Positions 18,619-26,516 of a DNA stretch of 64,000 nt are shown here, piece after piece; the stretch's first letter is position 1; every line of letters begins with the position of its first letter. The notes below the pieces were generated by a model. That model saw only the letters and a program-made list of their open reading frames with translations. It did no database searches and was not told where the DNA came from. The stretch spans positions 2,456,090-2,520,089 of the forward strand of contig CAVWNC010000003.1 in NCBI GenBank assembly GCA_963756455.1, read 5' to 3'. Source of the DNA: an uncultured Acidobacteriota bacterium. Lineage in GTDB: Bacteria; Acidobacteriota; Thermoanaerobaculia; Multivoradales; UBA5704. The translations under genes and the position numbers were made by a program.

Positions 18619-19386
18619 ATGCATGCCCTGAAGCCCGTTCGCCTCGTCTTCTTCGTCCTCCTCTCCCTCACCCTGCTGCGGACGGCCCAGCCCGCCCATG
18701 CCGCGAATGCCTCCAATGCCGCCAAGCCCGACCCGCGCGCGCCCGGGCTCACCGGGTCCGACCGGCTCGCCGCCCTGATGGAGCGCGTCCGGCTCCAGCA
18801 GCAGGAGATGAAGACGGTCGAGGCCCGCTTCGTCCAGAAGCGGGAGAGCTCGCTCCTCGTCGCCCCCGAGGAGTCGACCGGCACCTTCGACTACGCCGCC
18901 CCCAACCGGGTGCGCTGGGAGTACGTCTCGCCCAATCCCATCTCGGTCGTCATCGACGGCCCCGAGATGACCACCTGGTACCGGGACCTGAAGCGGGCCG
19001 ACCGGCTGAAGATCGGCCGCTACTCGAACCAGGTCATGAAGTACCTGGGGGCGAGCGGCTCGATGCAGCAGCTCCTCGAATACTTCCAGATCACCATGAA
19101 GGTGCCCAAGAATAAGACCGACCCCTACGAGCTCGACCTCGTCCCCAAGCTCGCGCGGATCGCCAAACGGGTGAAGTCGATGACGATCTGGGTCGACCCC
19201 GAGACCTTCTTCCCCTCGGGGCTCAAGTACGTCGAAGGGAACGGCGACACGACGGAGTACCAGTTCAAGGACGTGAAGATCAACGCCCCCATCTCCGGCG
19301 ACCGCTTCGTGCTCAAAATCCCCCAGGGGGTCGAGACCCGGGTGATCGACCTCGACCAGAAGGGGAAGAAGGACGCGGGACGGTAG
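18619..19386 (+). CDS. LolA-like outer-membrane lipoprotein carrier/sorting protein
   Basis: I trimmed to the ATG at 18619. It has a signal peptide (MHALKPVRLVFFVLLSLTLLRTAQPAHA) and a LolA-like body (..VEARFVQKRESSLL..GTFDYAAPNRVRWEY..). Confidence 0.75.
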   Translation: MHALKPVRLVFFVLLSLTLLRTAQPAHAANASNAAKPDPRAPGLTGSDRLAALMERVRLQQQEMKTVEARFVQKRESSLLVAPEESTGTFDYAAPNRVRWEYVSPNPISVVIDGPEMTTWYRDLKRADRLKIGRYSNQVMKYLGASGSMQQLLEYFQITMKVPKNKTDPYELDLVPKLARIAKRVKSMTIWVDPETFFPSGLKYVEGNGDTTEYQFKDVKINAPISGDRFVLKIPQGVETRVIDLDQKGKKDAGR

Positions 19387-19432
19387 GGGCTTCCCGGGTA
19401 CTGCTGCTCCGGCAGGCACCTTCTTGATGCGC

Positions 19433-19607
19433 GGCCCCGCCCGGAGATAAATCTCCGGGCTAGGAGATACGCTGGCTGAAGCCAGCTTAGAAGCCTCCCA
19501 CCTGTAAGCTCGCGCCAACCTTCCCTACCGTCATCCTGAGCGGAGCGAAGGATCTGGGGGAAGGGAGTCTTCCGCCACCAGGTCACTTCGGCCGCCAGGG
19601 CTCCCTC
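19433..19607. repeat. left part of a composite palindromic (MITE/REP-like) element interrupted by the IS
   Basis: It contains the hairpins CCCGGAGATaaATCTCCGGG and GCTGGCTgaAGCCAGC. It also contains the 28-bp arm CGCGCCAACCTTCCCTACCGTCATCCTG (19511-19538) and a core matching 46914-46992. Confidence 0.8.
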
Positions 19608-19730
19608 TCTATAACGATGTCAAGTCCCGAGTCTATCTCTCGAAGACTCGTCGCCGTGGCCGGTGGGCTGTGGAAAACGCGGAGCGTTTTCCAAGGGGTG
19701 TGGGAGGGTGCCGGGCGCGGGCTTGGGGGA

Positions 19731-19814
19731 GGCAGCCTTCCATACCCCGGCAGACCGCCGGCCGGGGAGATGGGGGCGCGGGGGAAGAGGGGGAGTTTTC
19801 CACAGCCGCGGGAG
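19731..19814. repeat. about 83-bp module, copy 1, inside the IS non-coding end
   Basis: ggcagccttccataccccgg..gggggaagagggggagttttccacagccgcgggag aligns with 19994-20075 at roughly 70% identity by eye. Confidence 0.6.
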
Positions 19815-19993
19815 TTCGGTCTGCGACCGTTGTCTGGTTCGCTCCAGGTGACTGCTGATCAGGCTCTCCTCAATGGCGCTCCGGCGGGTACAGTCCAGAC
19901 GCTGACACGACTGGCCGACACGGCCCTACCGGGCGTTTACACAGCATCCGCGGGGATGCTCGCCGGAACAGGGGTATGCGGGTCCGCGGTGAG

Positions 19994-20075
19994 GGCGGCA
20001 ATCTTCCATACCGGAAGGCCGCCGCTGGCCCGAGAGGGGACGGGGGAAGAGGGATCTTTTCCAAAAACGCGGAAG
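19994..20075. repeat. about 82-bp module, copy 2, inside the IS non-coding end
   Basis: ggcggcaatcttccataccgg..gggggaagagggatcttttccaaaaacgcggaag is the partner of 19731-19814. Confidence 0.6.
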
Positions 20076-20317
20076 CTCGGCCACTGCCTACTTCGCGTGC
20101 TCCGGTCCAAGCCCTTCCGGGCCAACCCGCAGCTTGCGCGGCATAGCGTGCGCTGTGCAACACGCCACCGCAGGCGCACACCTGGCGCGCCTACGCTCCG
20201 GCGGCCAGCCTACGCGGCCACATCCTCGTCGAGCCGCGCCCTACGGGTGCGGATGATGCTTCTCAGGAGAGCGTGATCGCACTCTCTGATCGCCCGACCT
20301 ACCACCAACCGCGATCA

Positions 20318-21640
20318 TCAGGCCGCCCCCGCCCCTCGGGTACTGTGCGCAGGCCCACTTCGGACCGCCCCCCGATTGCGCTCCAGGTGGCTGCTGATCA
20401 GAATCTCCTTATCGTAGCGGGCTCCATCCTCGGTCAGCAATTTGTAAATTAGCTTCGCTCGCTGCCGTGACAGTGCCAGCAAAGCTTTGACGTGGCCCGC
20501 TGGGTGGCCTTGATGGCGCTCCCGCTGCTTGCGGTGATACTCACGGTCCAGGGCGCTGACACGACAAGCTGCCACCGAGCCCAAGTACCGGACGCGCAGC
20601 ACCCGCTTATTCGTTTGCCGGGCCAGACGATGCCGGGGACCGCTGCTGCCGCTCTGCCGAGACAACGGCGTCAGCCCCGCGTAGGTGGCAACCTGCCCTT
20701 CCGAGGCATGGCGTGCCAGCGGAAGTACCTCTCCGATCTCGACAGCGGCCCCGCAGACCCCGATGCCTGGCATCTCCAGCAGCACCGGACCCTTCGGGTG
20801 CGCCTCCACAGCTTCCTTCAGCTCCTCTTCTACCTGCTTTTGCGCCTGCTCCAAGGAGTCCAACTGTTGCACCACAATCCGGAGCTCCAGCGTTATGATC
20901 GATCTCTCCGTCTCCGGCAAGTGGATACCAAGGACCACCCGATGCAGAGCTTCGGCCTCTTCGTGGCTGTCCGGGGTACGGCCGGCTCGACGAAGAACCT
21001 GCGCCACCTCCTCGACCGGCGCCTCCCCGAGACCCTCCAAGCCTGGCCATCGCCTCAGGGCTGCACGGAGTCTCATGCTGTCCCAACGAGGACCCTCCCA
21101 GGCTCCGGCCACCAGTTCCCCGGACAGTTCCAACAGGCGGCTACGCAGTTGGTTGAGCAGACGAGTGTGCTGGCCTGTCAGCTGTTGCTTCAAGCGGCTC
21201 AACCGGCAAAGCCGACGCTCCTCCGGGCGAGGGCACAGAGCAGGACGACAAGTCCTCATCTTCTGGTACCCCATCCGCGCCAGCAGGTACCCATCCCAAG
21301 AGTCATCTTTACGAGGCTGGCCCTCCGCGCTGCGGTAATCCTTCAGGGCCTGCGGCGCTACCTGCCAGATCTCGATCCCCATCTCCAGCGCGACTCGCGA
21401 CAGAACAGACCCCACCGAGCGAACTCCCTCCACCACCACCCGCAACGGACGACCGTTTCCACTCCGCACCACCTCGCTCAACCAGGCCCGCAGATCGGCC
21501 TCTCGGTTACGTAACTTCCGAGTTCTCTGCCACATGCCCTCTGCGGTCAACTCCACAAGCACGTGCCACTGCTCGCCACAGTCCATTCCAAGCCACAACG
21601 GGTTCAGCTCAGGGCTCACGGATACAACCCTCCTTCCCAA
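20318..21640 (-). CDS. IS110-family transposase/recombinase (DEDD RuvC-like N-domain plus Ser-containing Tnp domain)
   Basis: 440 aa. The N-terminus has ..LGMDCGEQW.. and ..VVVEG... The C-terminus has ..LLEMPGIGVCGAAVEIGEV..ATYAGLTPLSRQSGSS..NKRVLR.. Confidence 0.9.
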   Translation of the reverse strand: MGRRVVSVSPELNPLWLGMDCGEQWHVLVELTAEGMWQRTRKLRNREADLRAWLSEVVRSGNGRPLRVVVEGVRSVGSVLSRVALEMGIEIWQVAPQALKDYRSAEGQPRKDDSWDGYLLARMGYQKMRTCRPALCPRPEERRLCRLSRLKQQLTGQHTRLLNQLRSRLLELSGELVAGAWEGPRWDSMRLRAALRRWPGLEGLGEAPVEEVAQVLRRAGRTPDSHEEAEALHRVVLGIHLPETERSIITLELRIVVQQLDSLEQAQKQVEEELKEAVEAHPKGPVLLEMPGIGVCGAAVEIGEVLPLARHASEGQVATYAGLTPLSRQSGSSGPRHRLARQTNKRVLRVRYLGSVAACRVSALDREYHRKQRERHQGHPAGHVKALLALSRQRAKLIYKLLTEDGARYDKEILISSHLERNRGAVRSGPAHSTRGAGAA

Positions 21641-21808
21641 ACGGGTACAATCGGTCTGCCCCGCGCCACCGACTCTCTATTAGCCATGCCGGCAAAGGGT
21701 CGTATCAGGGAGCGCGGATGGCTCGAGCACGGGGGCACTCTTCAGGATCAGCCATCAGCGGGTCCGAGGGAGCCTAGCCATCCCGTGCTCTGCTCTTTTA
21801 TAGCCCTT

Positions 21809-21899
21809 CAGGATGACGGTAGGAAAGGTTGGCGCGGGCGCGCAAAGCTGGATTCATCCAGCGCAATGCATAGCCCGGAGATTTATCTCCGGTGGGGCC
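21809..21899. repeat. right part of the interrupted palindromic element
   Basis: CAGGATGACGGTAGGAAAGGTTGGCGCG (21809-21836) is the inverted partner of 19511-19538. The outer hairpins mirror those at 19433-19490. Confidence 0.8.
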
Positions 21900-21970
21900 A
21901 AGCGCTTGGAAGAGGGCCGCGATCTCTCTCTGCCGCTCTTCGAACCCTCCGTGATAGCTTCGCCGGCCGA

Positions 21971-23101
21971 ATGCCCCTCTCCTTCGAGCTCCTGGCGACC
22001 CCCCCCGTCTCCCCCGCCTCCGGCCTCGCCCGGCTCGGCCGGCTGACGACGGCGCATGGGATCGTCGACACCCCGGCCTTCATGCCGGTGGGGACCCTCG
22101 GGGCGGTCAAAGGGGTGACCCCGCAGGAGCTGGAGGCGGCGGGGGCGTCGATCCTCCTCGCCAACCTCTATCATCTCTCGCTCCGCCCAGGGATCGACGT
22201 CATCGAGACGCTCGGCGGTCTCCACCGCTTCGCCGGCTGGGAACGCCCCATTCTCACCGACAGCGGCGGCTTTCAGGTCTGGAGCCTGGGGGGCCTCCGT
22301 GCCATCGACGAGGACGGGGTGACCTTCAAGAGCCACCTCGACGGATCGCCCGTCCGCTTCACCCCCGAGAGCGTCGTCTCGATGCAGGAGCGGATGGGGG
22401 TCGACGTCGCCATGGTGCTCGACGAGTGCCCGCCCTACCCGGTGACCCGGGAGGCGGCGGCTCTGAGCTGGGAGCGGACGCGGCGCTGGGCCCTCCGCGC
22501 CCGGGAGGCGTCGCGCGGAGAGAGCGCCCTCTTCGGGATCGTCCAGGGGAGCGGCTTCGAAGACCTGCGGCTCCAGGCCGCGGCCGACCTCGCCGGGGCG
22601 GGGTTCGACGGCCATGCCATCGGCGGCGTCTCGGTGGGGGAGCCGCCGGAGATCCGCCGGTCGGCGGTCGAGTGGACCGCCCCGGCCCTCCCCGCCGACC
22701 GGCCGCGCTACCTCATGGGGGTGGGCTATCCGGCCGACATCGTCCACGCGGTGTCCTGCGGCGTCGACCTCTTCGACTGCGTGCTGCCGGCACGGAACGC
22801 CCGCCACGGCGTTCTCTTCACCCGCGACGGGGTGCTGAAGATCAGGAACTCCCGCTATCGGGACGACCCCCGGCCGCCCGACGCCGGCTGCTCCTGCCCG
22901 CTCTGCTCGCGGCTGTCGCGGGCCTTCCTCCACCACCTCGAACGGGCGGGCGAGCTGACGGCGAAGGTTCTGGCCACCCTCCATAACGTCCGCTTCTACC
23001 TTGACTTCATGGCCGAGGTCCGGCAGTCTATTACGCTCGGCACACTAACGGACTTGGCAGGTCGACACGCCACCCGTTTCACTCCCCAAGAGGAACCTTG
23101 A
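21971..23101 (+). CDS. tgt: queuine tRNA-ribosyltransferase
   Basis: I trimmed to the ATG at 21971 (MPLSFELL). Motifs are ..TPAFMPVGT.., ..ILTDSGGFQV.., ..LFGIVQG.. and the zinc site CSCPLC..H. Confidence 0.92.
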   Translation: MPLSFELLATPPVSPASGLARLGRLTTAHGIVDTPAFMPVGTLGAVKGVTPQELEAAGASILLANLYHLSLRPGIDVIETLGGLHRFAGWERPILTDSGGFQVWSLGGLRAIDEDGVTFKSHLDGSPVRFTPESVVSMQERMGVDVAMVLDECPPYPVTREAAALSWERTRRWALRAREASRGESALFGIVQGSGFEDLRLQAAADLAGAGFDGHAIGGVSVGEPPEIRRSAVEWTAPALPADRPRYLMGVGYPADIVHAVSCGVDLFDCVLPARNARHGVLFTRDGVLKIRNSRYRDDPRPPDAGCSCPLCSRLSRAFLHHLERAGELTAKVLATLHNVRFYLDFMAEVRQSITLGTLTDLAGRHATRFTPQEEP

Positions 23102-23114
23102 GCTACTTGAGCTC

Positions 23115-23483
23115 GTGAGCCAGGCCGGTCTGGCGGGGGTATCGATGAGCAGTATGAGCGTCTTCTTCTTTCCTGTGGCCTTCCAGGCTGGTGCCTCGTC
23201 CCCGAGCAGTTGGGTCGCGATGGTGCCCATGGTGGCCATTTTCGCCATCTTCTATTTTCTGCTCGTCGTCCCGATGCGCAAGCGCCAGAAGGCGGTCCAG
23301 ACGCTCGTCGACAGCCTCCAGAAGGGGGACCGGGTGGTGACCACCGGGGGCCTCTACGGCGAGGTCGCCGCCCTCGACACTGCGTTCATCGTGCTGAAGA
23401 TCGCCGACAACGTGAAAGTCCGAGTCGCCAGATCGGCGATCGCCGGCCTCGAAGGGGACGGCAACACTGGGGGTAAATCATGA
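23115..23483 (+). CDS. yajC: preprotein translocase subunit YajC
   Basis: ..IFAIFYFLLVVPMRKRQK..LQKGDRVVTTGGLYGEV... It has an ATGA overlap with secDF. The start is possibly internal. Confidence 0.85.
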   Translation: MSQAGLAGVSMSSMSVFFFPVAFQAGASSPSSWVAMVPMVAIFAIFYFLLVVPMRKRQKAVQTLVDSLQKGDRVVTTGGLYGEVAALDTAFIVLKIADNVKVRVARSAIAGLEGDGNTGGKS

Positions 23484-26347
23484 AACGCAAGTTGCTCGGG
23501 CGCGGGCTCCTGATCCTGGCGGTGGTCCTGGCGGCCATCGCCCTCGCCTATCCGCCCAAGGACAAGATCAACCTCGGCCTGGACCTCCAGGGCGGCATGC
23601 ATCTGGTTCTCCAGGTCCATACGATCGACGCCGTGCGCGCCACCGTCGACAACGACGTGGACCGCCTGACCCGCCTCGCCAAGGACAAGAACCTGGAGGG
23701 CCTCGCCGCCCACCGGGTCGGCGACTCCGGGTTCGAGATCACCGGCTTCGCCGATACCAACCGCGACCAGGTGGTGAAGATGGTCGAGGACTCGTTCCGC
23801 GACTACGCGCCGAGGAAGGGCGCGCCGGGCCTGGTCTACGACATGAACGCCGCAGCGGTCACCGCCAACGAGAAGCTCGCCGTCTCCCAGGCGGCGACGA
23901 CGATCCGCAACCGCATCGACCAGTTCGGCGTCACCGAGCCGGTCATCCAGGAGGCGTCGGGCAACCGCATCGTCGTCGAGCTCCCCGGCGTCGACGATCC
24001 CGAGCGCGTCCGCCGGCTGATCAAGAACACGGCGTTTCTCGAATTCCGCCTCACCCGGATGCCCAAGGCCGGGAGCCCGGCCCTCCCCACTCGCCAGGCG
24101 GTGATCGACGCCCTGGGCGGCCAGGTGCCTCCCGACGTCGAGATCCTGGACGGCGACGTCCGCGACAGCAACCGGAACATCACCGGCAAGCAGTTCTGGG
24201 CGGTCGAGAAGAAGCGGGTGATGACCGGCCGTGAGCTCAAGGACGCGCGGCCGAGCCAGGGGCAGTTCCAGGAGCCGGTCGTCGCCTTCAGCATGACCCC
24301 CGCGGGCTCGGAGATCTTCGGCGCCGCGACCGCCGCCAACGTCGGCACCGGTCTCGCCATCGTCTTGGACGGCCGCGTCGTCACGGCGCCGGTCATCAAG
24401 TCGAAGATCAGCGACTCCGGGGTGATCGAGGGCCACTTCTCGGCCGAGGAGGTGCAGGATCTGTCGACGGCGCTCCGTTCGGGCGCCCTCCCGGCCGGCC
24501 TCACCTACCTGGAGGAGCGGACGGTCGGGCCGACGCTCGGTCGCGACTCGATCCGGCAGGGCCTGCTCGCCGGCATCGTCGGCACCTCGCTCGTCATCCT
24601 GACGATGCTCCTCGTCTACCATCTCTCCGGGGTCAACGCCGTCCTCGCGCTGCTCTTAAACATCCTCATCGTCTTCGGCGGCATGGGGGCGTTTCACTCG
24701 ACCCTCACCCTCCCCGGCATCGCCGGCATCATCCTGACGATCGGCATGGCGGTCGACGCCAACGTCCTCGTCTTCGAGCGCATAAGAGAAGAGATGCGAG
24801 CCGGGCGAACGTTGCGATCGGCGATCGACCTGGGGTTCGATCGCGCCTTCGGCTCGATCATCGACACCCACGTGACGACGATCGTCTCGGCGCTCTTCCT
24901 CTTCCAGTTCGGCACCGGCCCCATCAAGGGCTTCGCCGTCACCCTGACGATCGGTCTTTTGGCCTCGCTCTTCACCGCCGTCTTCGTCAGCCGCTTCATC
25001 TTCGACTTCTGGCTGTCGCGCCGCTGGGTGCACAACCTGACGATGACCCGGCTCTTCCAGGACACCAACTTCGACTTCATGCGCTGGCGGAAGTTCTGGA
25101 TCGTCGCCTCGGCGCTCCTGGTCGCGGGCGGCATCCTCGCCGTCCTCGGCCTGGAAGGCAAGCATCTCAACATCGGCATCGACTTCGCCGGTGGCACCCA
25201 GATGGAGGTGCGCTTCAAGCAGAAGCCGCAGATCGACAACCTGCGCCGCACCTTGGAGAGCCAGGGGGTCACCAACGCCGAGATCACCAGCGTCGGCGGC
25301 AAGGACTCCAATCAGGTTCTGATCAAGACGGCGGTCTCCAAAAACGAGGCGGGAAGCCGGGAGCGCATCCTCGGCGCCTTCGACAAGACCTTCAACCCGG
25401 GAACTGCCGGCAAGGTCGACTTGAACCGGGTGGGGACGGAGCAGGTGTCGCAGCTCCTCCTCCGGACGGACCCCGACCACGTGCAGGCACAGGGGCCGGA
25501 CAAGGAGATCGCGCACTACACGGCGGTCGCGGGCGCCATCCTCGAGGAGCGCAAGAAGGACGGCCTCTTCGCCTCCTGGGACAAGCTCGGGACGCTCCGG
25601 GGGGTGACTCCGGCGGATCTCGACACCCTGAAGGCGCAGACGGTCTTGGGCGACTTCGCGGTCCTCGGGGTCGACAACGTCGGTCCCCAGGTCGGCAAGG
25701 AGCTGAAGCGCCAGGGTCTCCTCGCGGTCTTCGCCTCGCTCATCGGGATGCTCCTCTACGTCGGCTTCCGCTTCGAGCTGCGCTTCGGGATCGGCGCCAT
25801 CATGGCCTGCGTCCATGACGTCCTCGTGACCCTCGGGCTCTTCACTCTCATGGGCTTCGAGTTCAACCTGACGACGATCGCGGCCTTCCTGACCCTCATC
25901 GGTTACTCGATGAACGACACCGTCGTCATCTTCGACCGCATGCGGGAAAACATGCGGAAGGAACGCCGCAAGCCGCTCATCCAGATCATGAACGAGTCGA
26001 TCAACCAGACCCTGTCGCGGACGGTCATGACCTCGGGGCTCACCATGCTGACGGTGGCCGCCCTCCTGGTCCTGGGCGGCGACGTGCTGCGCGGCTTCGC
26101 CTTCGTCATGACGGTGGGCATCATCGTCGGCACCTACTCGTCGATCTACGTGGCGAGCCCCTTCGCCCTCCTCTGGGAGCAGTTCTTCGGCAGCCAGGGC
26201 CGGATCAGGAAGGGTGCCCCAATGTCGCCGACATCGACTGCGGGAAAAGACCGGCCGCAGCCGCAGGGCCCCCGACCGCAGACGGCCGCTCCGGCATCGC
26301 CGGCGACACCCAACCGGCCCACCCGGGTGGCCAACCGTCGGCGCTGA
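23480..26347 (+). CDS. secDF: fused protein-export membrane protein SecD-SecF
   Basis: 955 aa. SecD periplasmic and TM parts are followed by SecF (..FDFMRWRKFWI..GIDFAGGT..). It carries two RND-like 6-TM halves. Confidence 0.92.
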   Translation: MKRKLLGRGLLILAVVLAAIALAYPPKDKINLGLDLQGGMHLVLQVHTIDAVRATVDNDVDRLTRLAKDKNLEGLAAHRVGDSGFEITGFADTNRDQVVKMVEDSFRDYAPRKGAPGLVYDMNAAAVTANEKLAVSQAATTIRNRIDQFGVTEPVIQEASGNRIVVELPGVDDPERVRRLIKNTAFLEFRLTRMPKAGSPALPTRQAVIDALGGQVPPDVEILDGDVRDSNRNITGKQFWAVEKKRVMTGRELKDARPSQGQFQEPVVAFSMTPAGSEIFGAATAANVGTGLAIVLDGRVVTAPVIKSKISDSGVIEGHFSAEEVQDLSTALRSGALPAGLTYLEERTVGPTLGRDSIRQGLLAGIVGTSLVILTMLLVYHLSGVNAVLALLLNILIVFGGMGAFHSTLTLPGIAGIILTIGMAVDANVLVFERIREEMRAGRTLRSAIDLGFDRAFGSIIDTHVTTIVSALFLFQFGTGPIKGFAVTLTIGLLASLFTAVFVSRFIFDFWLSRRWVHNLTMTRLFQDTNFDFMRWRKFWIVASALLVAGGILAVLGLEGKHLNIGIDFAGGTQMEVRFKQKPQIDNLRRTLESQGVTNAEITSVGGKDSNQVLIKTAVSKNEAGSRERILGAFDKTFNPGTAGKVDLNRVGTEQVSQLLLRTDPDHVQAQGPDKEIAHYTAVAGAILEERKKDGLFASWDKLGTLRGVTPADLDTLKAQTVLGDFAVLGVDNVGPQVGKELKRQGLLAVFASLIGMLLYVGFRFELRFGIGAIMACVHDVLVTLGLFTLMGFEFNLTTIAAFLTLIGYSMNDTVVIFDRMRENMRKERRKPLIQIMNESINQTLSRTVMTSGLTMLTVAALLVLGGDVLRGFAFVMTVGIIVGTYSSIYVASPFALLWEQFFGSQGRIRKGAPMSPTSTAGKDRPQPQGPRPQTAAPASPATPNRPTRVANRRR

Positions 26348-26375
26348 TCGAGAACCTTCCTCCCAGCTTCACCCC

Positions 26376-26412
26376 GACGACGCCCGGCCTCAACCGCCGG
26401 GCGTCGTCTTTT
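26376..26412 (+). terminator. intrinsic terminator after secDF
   Basis: GACGACGCCCGGC-ctcaacc-GCCGGGCGTCGTC followed by TTTT. Confidence 0.85.
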
Positions 26413-26516
26413 AGGAGACGAAGGTAGATTCGTCGGTTCGGGGAACGAAACCCTCCCTTATACTTGTTCTCCCCATCGAGCCTATCGTCGTCCTGCCCGG
26501 TGGGTCGGTCCTGCAA

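Larger units (their letters stand above)
19608..21808 (-). mobile_element. IS110-family insertion sequence (about 2.2 kb), boundaries inferred from an uninterrupted repeat copy
   Basis: Sequence identical to the uninterrupted repeat at 46914-47020 breaks after ..GGGCTCCCTC (19607) and resumes at CAGGATGACGG (21809). The ends read tCTATAAcg.. and ..tTTATAGccctt. Confidence 0.75.

Noticed and set aside
19617-20276. A 219-aa plus-strand ORF inside the IS non-coding end.
   Set aside because: It has Arg/Gly/Pro-rich composition, no RBS and no motif. It spans the duplicated modules, so I treat the region as non-coding.
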